A stretch of DNA of 64,000 bases, from positions 5,890,001 to 5,954,000 of the forward strand of contig OX597820.1 of assembly GCA_951406725.2 (NCBI GenBank), in the 5' to 3' direction. The DNA is from Octopus vulgaris. Taxonomy: Eukaryota. The position numbers and the translations under genes are program-made. The stretch's first letter is position 1. Each line of letters opens with the position of its first letter. A model generated the notes under the pieces. That model saw only the letters and a program-made list of their open reading frames with translations. It did no database searches and was not told the DNA's origin. Shown in pieces: positions 29,589-45,445 of this stretch.

Positions 29589-30146
29589 GTGTGTGCGTGT
29601 GTGTGAGGTATGTATATAGGCGCATAAGTATTGAGCTTCGGCGTGTGTGTATGTAGAGAATCATTTATAAATACAGGAAAAAAAGTTGCAGAAATTAGTT
29701 TTTCTAGGATATTTTATCCAAAAGTATGTCTTTACCAAAATAATTCGGCAACTGAAGGCAAGAACTGCGGGGAAGGATGCCAAAAGAGTCCATTAGCTAA
29801 TACAGCCATAACATCCAATCCCATCATGCCTCTGTCATTTAGACATCTTCATTTGGCAGACATTTTATTAATTGAATTGTTGCTTTTGTTAGAGCTAGAC
29901 TTGCTGCTGTTGTTGTTGTTGTTGTTGCTCTTTGCTGCTACTGTTGGTGCTGACGGGTGGGGAAGCGGCAGCTGTGTTTGTGGGGGTGTTTCAGTTGGTA
30001 GTGCATATTTTTTGTGTCTGTATCTCATTCTGAAAGTACGTTATATAAATGTGTGTTTGTGTGTGCATATGTGAATGTATATAAATATATATATATATAT
30101 ATAGGTAAGAAAATTGGTGTGTGAAAGCACGTGGTTGAATATATAG

Positions 30147-30970
<824 letters not shown>

Positions 30971-31020
30971 GTATATATGTATGTATGCATGCTTTTATTC
31001 AAGCGCCAAAATTACCACAG

Positions 31021-31062
31021 AACTGCTACTCAGAGTTTAACGTTCCCGTTCATCAGAGAGTT
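31021..31062 (-). ncRNA. Degenerate type I hammerhead (G12 to U)
   Basis: Minus strand: aactct-CUGAUGA-acg ggaa cgt-UAAA-ctctgag-UA-gcagtt. Confidence 0.55.
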
Positions 31063-31078
31063 GTGATGCATGTATGTA

Positions 31079-31156
<78 letters not shown>

Positions 31157-31252
31157 TGTACGTATGTACGTATACATATATAATATGTATGCATATATAA
31201 TATGTATACATATGTATGTATGTATAATATATAATACATATATATATATATG

Positions 31253-31298
<46 letters not shown>

Positions 31299-31301
31299 CA
31301 T

Positions 31302-31333
<32 letters not shown>

Positions 31334-31650
31334 GTGTGTGTAAGTTGTGTGTAAAGAAATCCTTTCAATTCTTATGTTTTGGGGGCCAAAAACTTTTAAT
31401 AGATTTATTGAGGTGATTTATTTTGAAAGTAACTAGAAATAAAAATAGATGTAATAAAATTGTTTAGCGTTACGGGGATTTGAAACCGGTGAGGTTGAAT
31501 TTCTGTTAACTACAGCCACCTGAGTGTTTACCAATAATAATTATTTTTTCTATAGAAAATTTGGACTGGTCCGCTGGTGGGTTCTTCTTAAATTATATAA
31601 ACTTTTCATTAATAGTATAAGATTTTTATAAAAAGTTTTGATCTGTACCT

Positions 31651-31739
31651 GTTTATCCTGATGAGGAGTGGGGGTCATCGCGGTGATGCACTTTATTGTA
31701 AATGATTTACGGTGCTGGTTTCCCGAAATGGTCATAGAT
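31651..31739 (+). ncRNA. Probable degenerate type I hammerhead with long stem II
   Basis: gtttat(c)-CUGAUGA-gg...cc-GAAA-tg-GUC-atagat; stem I requires a bulge. Confidence 0.45.
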
Positions 31740-32154
31740 ATATGTGAACATTAAATTTGACCGCTGATATCTGTTTATTATGAACTTTGGACGTACTTGG
31801 TTGAGGGAAGTAAAAGACTTTTTTCAAATATTCAAAAAAAAAAAAATTTTAATAATTTTCAAAAAAATATTTTAATCGGCTGATAAAATCTTTTTAGTCG
31901 GTGGACACTTATTCTATTTTAATTTTATTATTATTATTATTATCTTTATTTATTTCTCACTTGTCCATTGGGATTTTTGATAGTTTTGAATTTTTAGTCG
32001 TTATATTTAACTTTTGATAAGCCGTTCTATTTGCATTTTATTAGAATATTTATATTTTACATTTTGTAAATTTATGCCTATGTATTATTGTTTTATGTGT
32101 TTGTAGATCATGGTGTTTTTGTTATATGATGAAATGTTTGAGGGGTGGTTTTCA

Positions 32155-32450
32155 CCGTGACCGACCAGGCTATCAGATGTTGCTACACATCGCTGGTCAC
32201 AATGCGCTTCGCATTGTTTTAGCCTTCAAATGACGCCACCCCGCTAGCTAACCGAGTAGACCAAGAGAAGAAAGGGTGAAAGAAAGTTGTGGCGAAAGAG
32301 CATAGCAGAGATCGCCACCAGCCTCCTGCCGGAGCGTCGTGGAGCTTTAGGTGTTTTCGCTCAATAAACACTCACAACGCCCGGTCTGGGAATCAAAACC
32401 GCAATCCTACGACCGCGAGTTGGCTGCCCTAAGCACTGAGCCATTGCGCC
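32155..32450 (-). mobile_element. SINE family B, alternative tail
   Basis: Reverse-complement head ccattgcgcc; tail also found at 50870-50997. Confidence 0.85.
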
Positions 32451-32457
32451 TGCACAA

Positions 32458-32546
<89 letters not shown>

Positions 32547-32624
32547 TTTGTGAAATTTGATTTAGTATTTCTAAATTGAATTTTTCCCTGTAAGTTAGGA
32601 ATAATATTCCTCAAATAATTATTA

Positions 32625-32710
<86 letters not shown>

Positions 32711-33264
32711 AGGGAGAGAGAGGTAAATAGATAGATAAAAAGATATTTAGATAGATAGGTAGGTTTAGTTTCGTTCGTTTATTACTTTTAACCTGGTTGT
32801 TATTGTTTCAGTGAATATAGTTGACATCGTTGCTAATGCTCCGAGAATGGTTCCACATAACATTGTTACTGATGTCTTCGGTAGGAAGTTATTATTACAC
32901 TGAACAACTATGTGGCTGTTCTTTTTTGGTTGTTGTTGTTCCTGTTTTTATTGTCTTTATAGGTTTTAGTTCCTGTAGTTGTTGTTGCTTCAATTGTATT
33001 AGCATTCTTTGTTGTTGTTGCTGTTGTTTGTTAATATTGTTGTTTTACACTTTGTTGATATTATTGTGGTTGCTGTTGTTGTCGCCGTCATCGTCTTCGT
33101 CGTTGTTGTTGTTGTTGTTGTGCCACCATCCATCAGGAAACAGAAATTGCTGACAGTTGGCTGCCTGAAGGAATGTCTGTGAAGAATTGGTGTTGTATTG
33201 TGGGATAGGAAGAGGAAAAGAACAATAGCTGTGGGGAGAATGGCGGAGGGAACAAACAGAAAGA

Positions 33265-33417
33265 TGAGTAGTAGTAGTCGTAGTAGTAGTAGTAGTAGTA
33301 GTAGTAGTAATTGTAGTAGTAGTAGTAATTGTAGTAGTAGTTGTTGTTGTTGTAGTAGTTGTAGTAGTAGTAGTAGTAATTGTAGTAGTAGTAGTAATTG
33401 TAGTAGTAGTTGTTGTT

Positions 33418-33465
<48 letters not shown>
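33265..33465. repeat. (TAG)n/(TTG)n microsatellite
   Basis: Direct reading. Confidence 0.95.
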
Positions 33466-33466
<1 letters not shown>

Positions 33467-33890
33467 AAGCACAAGAATCGCAGTAAAGCTAACAAAACCA
33501 AAGCCAATACCAAGAGTCAGAAAAATGGCAAAAGAAACGCAGGAGTAGAAGAGGAAGCAGAGGAGGAGGAAGAATAAAGAAGATGATGATGGGGATTATG
33601 ATGATGATGAAGAGAAAGATGAGGAGGAGGAGGAGGAGGAAAATGAGGATGAGAACAAGTTAGATAGATAGACAGATAGATAGATAGTAGAGAGAGATGA
33701 GAGAAGAAGAGAGAAAGTGAGAGAGAAAGAGAGAGAGAGAGTGGAAGAGAGGATAGAATCTGACATGATTTATATGTTACATGTAAAATATTCCTTGTAT
33801 TAGTAATGTATAGGGAAAACAATACACCCGGCACAATCTCACTCATTATAACAGATGTGTGTGTGTGTGTATGTGTGTGTGAGTGTGTGT

Positions 33891-33934
<44 letters not shown>

Positions 33935-34098
33935 ATATAATATATTTGTTGAACCTCAGGAAACATGAGGGTCACAGATCTGAAATTTAAATGAATTATT
34001 GTACACGAGATGTGTAGATAGCTCCGCTTTTTCGATGAAACATAAGTAGCAAGGTTGCACATCCTAAGTATTTTATAAAAGTCAAACACACACACACA

Positions 34099-34143
<45 letters not shown>

Positions 34144-34439
34144 ACAAATGCATACACAAGCACACACATATTCATGTAATTCATTAACATTTAAACTACA
34201 CGCGTGTGCCCCATAAAAAGAAATCTTGTGTTTTCTTTCCTGGTAACGCGAACCTACTGCTTTCTGCTTTTCTATGACAGACTGAAGAATTCAGTAGACG
34301 CGCTGCAGGAGCAAGAAACTCAAGGTTTTGGCTGGGGAGCTGACTCTAAGAGAAGTAATAATAAATTGTGCATACTCTATTCTCCGACGTTGAGTATTTC
34401 TCCTCGCTTTCTCGCTTTCATCATCAATATATATATATA

Positions 34440-34853
34440 GGCGCAAGAGTGGCGGTGTGGTTAAGTAGCTTACTTACCAACCACATGGTTCCGGGTTCAG
34501 TTCCACTGCGTGGCACCTTGGGCAAGTACCTTCTACTAGAGCCTCGGGCCGACCAAAGCCTTGTGAGTGGATTTGTTAGACGGAAACTGAAAGAAGCCCG
34601 TCGTATATATGTATATGTATGTATGTGTGTGTGTGTTTGTGTGTCTGTGTTTGTACCCCCCCCCCCCCCAACATCGCTTGACAAACGATGGTGGTGTGTT
34701 TACGTCCCCTTAACTTAGAAGTTCGGTAAAAGAGACCGATAGAATAAATACTAGGCTTTCAAAGAATAAGTCCTGGGGTCGATTTGCCCGACAAAAGGCA
34801 GTGCTCCAGCATGGCCGCAGTCAATGACTGAAACAAGTAAAAGAGTAAAAGAG
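34440..34853 (+). mobile_element. Full-length SINE family A
   Basis: Head, internal microsatellite, and tail gtgctccagcatggccgcagtc...gtaaaagag. Confidence 0.9.
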
Positions 34854-35687
34854 TATATATAATCAAAAGAAATTTTATACCTTAGCTGTTTGGTTCTTTG
34901 TAAATAAGAAATCTAAAACTGCCTTTAAAATAAGGAAACTGTAGTCCCAGATACACTGTGCCTAAAGCCAGGTTGAATAGATATGGTTAGAATATATTTC
35001 ATCGTAAGTCTACTGGATTACGGTTCACTGGGAGCCGTTCACAAAAAAATAGATGAAGAGTTTGTGCAGTACTAAATACACGGTGACGTCAAGAATAAAA
35101 TATGGGATCGTCAGAGCTCAAATGATTTTCATCGCAGAGATCTCTTTCTCCTCCCCCCTTTCCCCATCTCCCCTTCTCTCTGTATCAGAGTAGATTTGAG
35201 ATAAGAACGACGACGACAACTACCTTAACTACAACAATAATTTACTCTTTGATTAGAAATAATCAGTCCATTTTGATGAATATTTATCAATTAGCTTCCG
35301 TTATATTGTTAACTACATCCGACTTCATTTTCTTGCAAACACATGGAAAGCATTGTGTGTGTGTGTGTGTGAAGGTGTGTGTGTGTGAAGGTGTGTGTGT
35401 GTGAAGGTGTGTGTTTGTTTGTTTGTGTGTTTGTGTGTGTTTGTGCATGTGTGTGTGTTTGCACGTATAATGAAGTGTAAGCCTATGTATGCGCGCCTCG
35501 CTCGTCCTCTACACTTGTCTGTGTGTGGATGGTTCTGTATGTGTATGTGTGTGTGTGTGTGCACATTTACCTGCTTGTGTATTTAGATTGTCTATGCATG
35601 TGTGTGAAAGTATACGCGTGCATGACATTATATGCATTTATGTGTATGTGTGTACATGCGTATACATGTTTGCATATATGTGTATGT

Positions 35688-35788
<101 letters not shown>

Positions 35789-35830
35789 CATACATATATA
35801 TATATATACTTAAATACTGTAGAAATAAAG

Positions 35831-35870
<40 letters not shown>

Positions 35871-37830
35871 TTGCGTACGTGTGTATATATATAAACGTGT
35901 ATGGGAAGTATTTGTTGTATGTCTGTATGCACGTGTGTGCATGTGGGTGTGCAGGTATATGTGTATGAGTGTGTGCGTGTGTGTGTATGAGTGTGTGCGT
36001 GTGTGTGTATGAGTGTTTGTGTGTGTTTGTGTGTGTGTGTCCTTTAATGGACCTATTTTATATTTTCCCAAGGATGTGACATAAACTCAGCGAAGCGATC
36101 TGATCTATTTAGTATTTACTAAAAGTGAACAACAAAACTGCTTTAGTTCATCTTATTTACTAAGAAACCGGTCAACGGGAAAACCGGAAACGGACCTGTG
36201 TCATCATTGAACAACAATTATTTACAAATACAATGGACATGTTTATAAGCACATAATTATAACAGCGTGATTTTCAAAATGATAGCTTCTCAGGAAACTA
36301 TCAGAATCGTTCTGTCCGCAAGAAGACTTCCGTTGTTGGAAAAAGGAGTCAAATCCCCATCAGTTTCTTCAAAGTATTCAGAAAATAGTGGTTTATAGGA
36401 GGAAAATATGTTTTAAATATGGCGTCATATTTGAATCGTAAATATTTTGAAATACGTTTCAAATATAACATGTTCTTCAAACACGTTATGTCGTTGATTT
36501 TTGGAAAATATCAGAGGAGATGACCATTATTCAAATGTGTTTGAAAATATGTGTATTTAATGAATGAAGGCTGTAAAACAACATCAAAAACAAAAAGAAA
36601 AACAACAACCATGAAAACAAGCAGGAGCTATAAAGCATACCTTGCTATCTTAGAAAATGCTACGTTCCGTACTGTGGTGCTAGATTCCTTCTCATAGGAA
36701 TCAGACAGGATAGTCAAGGCTGGGTTGCTTTGATTATAGGTCTGTTGGATCGAAGCTGACCTAGAACTAAACCACCAGAAAGATTAGCTGTGACAGCGAA
36801 TGCGAGATAACATGGAAGATTTTTGTTATGGATGGATTCCGACCACCCCCCAAGTAACAAAAGTTGGACTGACTCATTGTTATAAAACAAAGAACTGTAA
36901 GCGATTGACCGTTCGCGTTGGTAGCAGTTCATTCTCAGCTTTTGATATAGAACGTTGAGTGTCATCTAATAGTAATAGTAGTGTGTCGTGTATATACTTT
37001 CTTCCCCCTGCTTCGTTATATTATATATCCAATACAAGGATATAAAAGTGGTGACGAGTTATTCGAAGCTTGCGTTGGACATTAAAAAAATGTTTGTCGC
37101 ACGTCTTTAATTTTTTTTCAAGGGTATGCTGCAAACAAAGACGCAAGTATACGATCCCAGATATTAACAAAATTAGAACAGGGCCAAAATTTAACTCTGC
37201 AGGCAGTAGCAGAAGAATGTAACGGGATCATTAATCTATGACATGACGCAAATAAAACTGAAGAGAAAGATTTTTGTCAGATTCAAGTGTGTTAACCCGT
37301 AACAAATAAGAAACAAGAGGAAACATATTAAGACCGAATCCATGTTACGGATGTGGTGGTTTACATTTCAAAAATAACTGTCCGTTTAAAAATATAAAAT
37401 GCTACATGTGTGGTAAAATAAGCCATGAAATGTTGCACTATAGGACAGAACCTATTTATATATGTACATCGCCGAGGTTGTCATCACTTCGGAATCGATT
37501 TAATAAGTAACAGTTGAGCAATGTGTTGAAAGCCATCGACTTACCCCGTCTCCCCGAAACTGCTGAGCTTGTGCAAAAATTCGAAACCAATATGTGTGTG
37601 TGCGTGTGTATATATATATATATATATATATACCCGTACATACATACACAAACACGCGCTGACATAGACACAAACATATACATGTATTCACTCGTGCGTG
37701 TGTGTGTATGTATATATATATATATGTATGTATACGTATTGATGTATGTACATATACGTATGTATATAATCCTATATATATTATATTATATATATATATA
37801 CATATATACATATATATATACATATATATA

Positions 37831-37884
<54 letters not shown>

Positions 37885-38303
37885 GGCGCAGGAGTGGCTG
37901 TGTGGTAAATAGCTTGTTTACCAACCACATGGTTCCGGGTTCAGTCCACTGCGTGGCATCTTGGGCAAGTGTCTTCTGCTATAACCCCGGGCCGACCAAT
38001 GCCTTGTGAGTGGATTTGGTAGACGGAAACTGAAAGAAGCCTGTCGTATATATGTATATATATATGTATGTGTGTGTGTGTGTGTTTGTGTGTCTGTGTT
38101 TGTCCCCCTAGCATTGCTTGACAACCGATGCTGGTGTGTTTACGTCCCCGTCACTTAACGGTTCGGCATAAAAGAGACCGATAGAGTAAGTACTGGGCTT
38201 ACAAAGAATAAATCCCGGGGTCGATTCGCTCGACTAAAAAGGCGGTGCTCCAGCATGGCCGCAGTCAAATGACTGAAACAAGTAAAAAGAGTAAAAAGAG
38301 TAA
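37885..38303 (+). mobile_element. Full-length SINE family A
   Basis: Same organisation as 34440-34853. Confidence 0.9.
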
Positions 38304-38357
38304 ATATGTTTGTAGGTGTCGCACTATCTAGTATATTATACTTTCTTTCTGTGTGTG

Positions 38358-38493
<136 letters not shown>

Positions 38494-38514
38494 TGTGTGT
38501 GTGTGTGTGTGTGT

Positions 38515-38546
<32 letters not shown>

Positions 38547-38981
38547 AGTGTCAGTGCATCTCGTTTATTTACTCATCAAGCCATAGAAACCTAGACAGGC
38601 TGTGTTCATGACTCTAAACATGTCCGCTAGTTAAGTAATTTAGTTCCCGTAGAGCGACGGGGTTTAGTATTTAGCTGGATGGCGGTAGATTGCAGTAGAA
38701 TACCGCTTGCTGAAAACTAACGACTTGTAAAAGTAGATTAGCTTCCCGCTCGACGTTTTGAACTGATGGTATGACGGCACCACCCTATCACAGAATGTTG
38801 TGCTCACCACTCAGTAGTCGTCTCAAAAGGACCCCGCCCTGCCACCAGCACCACTCCTCCTGGTAAATTAGAAGAATACTAACCATCAGGATACTGTTGC
38901 ATACTTTACGCTCCTCGATCATGCACGTGCGTATGCATGTGTGCATGCATGCATCCATGCATGTATGTATTTATGTATGTA

Positions 38982-39205
38982 CTAGCAGTATCGCCCGGCG
39001 TTGCTCGGGTTTGTAAGGGAAATAACTATAAAGCACTTTTAGAGAGTTATAGCCAAAAAATAGCAAAAAAAATGGGAAAAATGATGGTAAATTTTTTTTT
39101 TGATAGTTAAAAAGGCCGAGTTGCGTCCCCTAGACCATCTGCGGTTTGTGTTTCTGATTGTCGACCCCATGTCGAATTTATCGATCTTTTTCTGAACTGG
39201 GGGCA
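38982..39205 (-). mobile_element. Helitron 3' fragment
   Basis: ctagcagtatcgcccggcgttgctcggg terminus; matches 55490-55859. Confidence 0.8.
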
Positions 39206-39468
39206 TTTATGTATGTATGTATATATGTATGTATGTATGCATGTATGTATGTATGTACGCATGTATGTATGTACGCATGTATGTGTGTATGTATGTATGT
39301 ATGTATGTATGTATGTATGTATGTATGTATGTATGTATGTATGTATGTATGGATGCATGTGTATGTGCATGTACATACACACACACATATATGCCTATAC
39401 TTATGTATGTCTGTGTCCACGAAATATTTAAATGCACGAATGCATATATATATATATATATATATATA

Positions 39469-40719
39469 CAGGAGTTAGACAAAATAATGGAAATACCTTA
39501 AAATTTCAAACAAATTTATTTTAATATAGGGTAGGACCGTCTTTAGTAGTAATTACAGCTTGAATTCTACAAAGTATTGACTTGTACAAAGTTTGAATTG
39601 TTTCCAAAAGAATTCTTGTCCATTCTTCAGCTAAAAAACTTTCCAGTTCTTATAGGGATGACGGTGGAGGATATCGGACACCTTATTTGTTTTCCTAAAA
39701 TGCACCATAAATGTTCAATAATATTGAGATCTGGGGACTGTGGTGGCCAGATAAGATGTTCAACTTCACTAGAATGTTCCTCGTGCCATTCAGTAACAAC
39801 TTTAACTGTGTGAATTGGTGCATCATCATCCTGAAAGATTGCGTTTCCCTCCGGAAACAGTTCCGCAACCATAGGATGAATTTGATCACATATAACGCTT
39901 AAATATTGACTATTAATTTTGCCATGAAGAGAAACCATTGGGCCGGCAATTTTCCAAGATATACCCCTCCAGGTCATTACAGATCCTCCTCCATTGTTTA
40001 ACAGTTGGAAGAAGGCAGTCTGGGAATAAAATGCTTCTTTTGGCTATCTCCACACGTATGCTCGGCCGGTGGTCAGAAATAAGGTAAAGGATGACTCATC
40101 CGAGAAAATAACATTCTTCCACTGCTCTAGGGACCAATTCTGTGGTTTTTACTACACTCTAAACGCTTTGCAACGTTTGTTTTTGAAAGTAGCGGTTTTC
40201 TGATAGCAGCCCTCCCGTGAAATCCGGCTTTGTGCAGCTCCGGCGAACAGTTTTTGTGGAAACTGGGTTCTCGAGGTGGTCATTAAGCTCTGCAGTAATT
40301 TTGGGAGCTGTACTTTTTTTATTCTTTCTAACGACGGTCCCTATCTGAAAGTTTTGGTTTTCTTCCGGAGGTTTGCTTCGACGAGGAGGTTTTTCCCTCT
40401 TAAAGGATGTCATTACCGTCGAAACAGTACTTCTTGATAAACCAAACATTTCGGCTTTTTTCGTTACACTAGCGCCTGCCATAAGAGCACCAACAATTTG
40501 ACCTCTTTGAAAATTCGATAGATCTGTTATTTTAATGAATTTTAATGAGCTTTTTCTGATGATACTAGAAAAGAAACAGCAATTTTAGCAAAACATACTA
40601 AGCAACACTAATAATAAATAAATAAAAAAACATAAAATAAAGAAGCTTTCGACGGTTTTATAGACATCACGAAATTATAATGCTATGATGCTAGGTGTTT
40701 CTATTATTTTGTCTAACTC

Positions 40720-40722
<3 letters not shown>
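39469..40722 (-). mobile_element. Tc1/mariner DNA transposon, decayed, in a TA tract
   Basis: ~30-bp TIRs caggagttagacaaaataat(g/a)gaaa(t/c)acct with TA flanks. Confidence 0.93.
39590..40530 (-). pseudogene. Tc1-type DDE transposase pseudogene
   Basis: HTH-like RGQIVGA..AGASVT; VIFSDESSF; FQDDDAPIH; WPPQSPDLNIIEHLW; frameshifted. Confidence 0.92.
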
Positions 40723-40769
<47 letters not shown>

Positions 40770-41394
40770 GTTTGAATAGAGATATACAGATATATGCATG
40801 TGTGCATACAAATATAATTAGACATAGATATACACATATATGTATATAAGAGTTTCACAGAATTGAAAAAGCAACTGGCGGCGTAAATATATTAAGATGA
40901 TAAATGGCGTTTCTGTAGAATTGACTGAGTTCGTAAAACTTAGAATTTTCATCAGCGGGAATCACCCGAAGAACCACTTGAAGAATTCTGGATTCGATAT
41001 TTCTAACACACGTAAACACATATGCTTACGTGTGTATGTATGTATGTATATAACGTATGGTGTTTGGGATCGAACGCCACACCACAAACGATACACTGCA
41101 AAATAGTCGAAAAATGCACACCATATGTTAACGGTTCAAAAAATTGAAGGCTATTCGTAGCTGAAAAACTCAGATCCTTTTCAGATCTAAGAAATATAAC
41201 TCACAGCTGGATTCTAGATCCGAAAATTTACCTGTTGTAAACATATGACTAAGTTCCTGTTGACGAATGAATGAGTGCTTTCCTCTCCTGATTGAATAAC
41301 TGTATCGCAGACTCTGAGTCACTATCTTTGTAGCCTTATATTTTACGGCCTAAGGGAAAATAATTCTAATAACCCACTTTTGGTTCTTTCTGAA

Positions 41395-41780
41395 AGAAGA
41401 AGAGAAATAAAAGGAGAGAGAGAGACAGACAGAAGGAGAGAAAGAGAGGAGGGCAAGGAAGAGAGAGAGGGGAAGTAAACGAGAGGGTGAGAGAAATAAG
41501 AGGGAGAGTGAAATGAGAGGGATAGAGACATGAAAGAAAGAGATGAGAGGGAGAGAGAAATGTGAGAGAAATGAGAGAGAGAGAGAGAGGAGAGTTGAGG
41601 AGAGAGAGAAGATGGGATTGAAAGAGAGCGAAAGGAGAGAGAAATGAGAGAGAGTGGAAGAGAGAGAGAGCAAAGGGAGAATAAGAGACAAAGAGAGGGG
41701 GGGAAGAGAGAAAGATAGTGAGAGGTAGAAAGAGCGAGAGAGAGACAAAGAGAGGAAGACAGTGGGGAGAAAGACAGGGA
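41395..41780. repeat. (GA)-rich polypurine tract
   Basis: Direct reading. Confidence 0.9.
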
Positions 41781-42156
41781 TAGATTTGTCTTAAAGACTG
41801 TCTTCGTTTGTCTTCTCATTAACGTGTCAATTGTTAATGAAGGATTTGGTTTCCATGGTGCTTCTAGAATTAACAAACAACGAGAGATATTTTGCTCTAA
41901 AGAAACAGCAATAGAAAAACAGACGACGACGACGGCGACATTCGTTTTGGTTGCTTTTGGTCTTTTGTTGGGTTTTTGTTGTTGCTAACCGTGAACTATG
42001 AAATAATCTTTTTTCAGCTTATCGTACTGATACGGGAAACAATTCACAAACTTCTGCGCCAATAAAACCCTGTTGTTCTTGAAAGTCGCTTTTTAAAATC
42101 TTCTACGGATTGCTTGAAGCTCTCTAATTTCATGCACCTTGATCCTTGAATCATAC

Positions 42157-42251
<95 letters not shown>

Positions 42252-42961
42252 TGTATTTCAAATGACTGAAACAAGTAAAAGAGTAAAAGAGATATGTACA
42301 ACGTATGCAAAATTACAAAATAATCTGTATGGATTACAGAAATAATAAATGAATGGTGCAGGGAATGTGAAATCTATGAGAATCGGTGGACAATACCTTA
42401 GAGTTTATAACAAATGGGTTTAGAACGGTAACACTATAGTAATTGTTTATAAATTGTGGCTATTTTCGAAAATCTGAAATTCATTGTAAAAATCATAACC
42501 CACGCATGAGCAAGCATGATACATGGCTTAACATCAGGCGAGTTGCATTATTTAAAAAACCTCAACGTAATTTCTTGATAGGCTGGCTGTTCAGGAAGTC
42601 CTGTAGCACGCATTTTACCCATGATTGGTCAATGTTTATATAACCCATTTATAAAATGTTATATTTGGAAGACTTTTATACTTGATTAATCTCATTAATA
42701 TATTATAAGATAAATCAATTACAAAATCGTATTCAAAATGAACTTTTGTAATAAATTTTAATCTACTTTTATCAAAGAGTCAACCCATTAATAAATATTA
42801 TTTTGAATCAACCGCATAAAACCTATCCTGTCCGCATAATCGTACAAGATCTCGTTACAAATAATGATTTCTTTTTATCGGTTGGCAGACATAAGCACCG
42901 ATTAGCAAACAATTTGTTCGCTGAAAGTATAAACACAACCATCGGATTCGAGTTCCGGCTG

Positions 42962-43010
42962 CATCTAACTGATGAGACACAGTATGTCAAAACAGCGGTG
43001 TCTCAGAATG
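42962..43010 (+). ncRNA. Degenerate type I hammerhead (G12 to A)
   Basis: catctaa-CUGAUGA-gac acagtat gtc-AAAA-ca gcgg t-GUC-tcagaatg. Confidence 0.6.
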
Positions 43011-43469
43011 TGGAACTCCAATGAGCCTGATGTGTTGAACACACTGTCGTCTTTAAAGGAAGAACGTATTCTCCTAAGACTTACACAATAGTGATCACTG
43101 TGTTTTGCATGTGGAATTGCTTAGCCATGTTAAGAATAAATGTGTATTTATTCGTTCCACATCTGGCTGTACACAATACAAAATAACGTCTGTATGCATG
43201 TCGTCCAGTAGTATGCTACTGTATGTAACTGATCAGAATGATGCTACCATCGGTTTCGCGCCGACTCTTGCGCTTGAAAATATCATAGACTCGGCCCTCA
43301 TGCTGGTCGGAAGCAGGCAGCCTTTTTAATATTTATAAAAATAGACTCTTTAGTACTGGTTTCTACTCACTCTACTATAACTAAAATACTAGCTAACTGA
43401 TTGACATCGTTGATTGTATTAGCATATGTTTGAGGGGCAGGGTTTCTATAATTTTATGTGATATTATTT

Positions 43470-43536
<67 letters not shown>

Positions 43537-44768
43537 TTTATATAAGAATTTTTTGCGTAATGAGATAACATTAGAACTGTGTATATAGAAGCTATAAAAC
43601 CTATCTACAAATTTTCTAATATCTGCACAGCCTCGGTTTTATTTTATTTTATTACGCAAAGAATTCTGATAGACACGTTGACGTATAAACAACGTTGAAC
43701 CCTTTATTCGCAAAATTACCGAAGTTGGAACTTAACTATGGTCCGTCTATAGAACTTATTCAGCATTACCTGACACCTTTGGGTCTCAATGACACCATTA
43801 TCTCTTCAAACCTATATTTATTTATACATATATCTATATGCATAAGTATGTATCTATATATGTATATAAACAAACATATATTTATATGTACGTATGTATA
43901 TACATGTATATGTATACAAATATATTCATATATATATATATATGTATATATATATGTATGTATGTATGTATATATATGTATATGTATACATATATATTGA
44001 TATGTATGTTTATATATATATATATATATATATGTATACAGGTGTGTTTATAGACATATATATATATATATATATATATTTCGTTTTGGGATTTTGGTTT
44101 GCAAGATTCTTTATGTGAGTTCGTGTGTTGAAGCAAAATTATTGAAAACGTTGCAAGACGCAACGAAAATTTTATAAATATAAACAAGAAATGTGGAAAT
44201 TTATATATATATACATACATACATATATATAGGGAGAAAATAAGTTCTCTTTGGTTTTTTCTCTGCATGCATGTACATTTTTACTTTAATATTGTAAATT
44301 TTTTCAAACATAATCTTGCCTATCACTTTTTTACCTCGTGTAAAACATATATACATATATTTTTTTCGTTTTTCAATATTAATATGTATATGTATAACTC
44401 TCTACGGTCCTTTTTCTACTAGTGCACCTGTTACGTTATATTCTACTATACACACGTGGCCCTGTTTATTATACTTTGTCTCGACCTGTTACCATTTTTT
44501 GAAAAACATACCCGTCAGCTTTGCATTCTTATTTTTATGTTATAGTTGACCGCACATATAGACGTGCTTACACATTGGTATCTCCCTCCTTTTTTCCCTT
44601 TCGTCTTTCTTACTATTATTATTACTGTTATTTTCCCCCTTTTAAAACTTGCTAGCAAATATCCGAATTTTTTTCCCTATTACCCCAATTGTATTCTACC
44701 TTATTCTATCTTATTTTAATTTACTTTATTCTATTAAACCTTTTCCGATGTCATCACAAACATTCTTC

Positions 44769-44865
44769 ACACTGATGAAAATGACAATGAATAAATTTAA
44801 TTATAATTACTAGGGTTATGATTTTTTCTTACATATTTGTATTGTCCTTTGAAACACGCATATGT
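44769..44865 (+). ncRNA. Degenerate type I hammerhead with long stem II, in an element at ~44270-44965
   Basis: aca-CUGAUGA-aaatgacaat...attgtccttt-GAAA-cacgca-UA-tgt. Confidence 0.55.
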
Positions 44866-45339
44866 ATTGATTCCTATTTTGTATAAAATCCAGTTTTGAT
44901 TCAACATCTTTTTCTCCTCCATTTTTCTATAATTGTTTATGGTATGTTTATACCTATAACACATATGATGAATTATTTTCTGGTTGTGTCTGTCTTGCGA
45001 ATTTTTTAACAGAGTCCAACAAAAAAAAAACAATTTCTAATGGGTCCTTCCGATTTCTAAGTAGATGGTACTAAAAAAAATTTGGTCCTTATTTCTTGTA
45101 GGCCGATATTCTCCAACGGCATCCCTCCTTTGTTTCATAGACAGGCAGAGGTTGCACGCTAGAGTATTGTAATGGAAATAAATGGCGATGTAAAAGTATA
45201 TTGTGACATAACATGACAGACAACTCCAGTTTTATTAATGTGGTACGTCATTACATGTCTAGAAAATATGTCAGCAGATTTATAACGATTTATAATTTTT
45301 GAAGATGAATATATATATTCATTTATACATACATGCATG

Positions 45340-45399
<60 letters not shown>

Positions 45400-45410
45400 C
45401 ACGTGCGTGC

Positions 45411-45445
<35 letters not shown>

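Noticed and set aside
40850-40960. Minus-strand ctgatga...gaaacg motif
   Set aside because: No consistent stem I or cleavage triplet.
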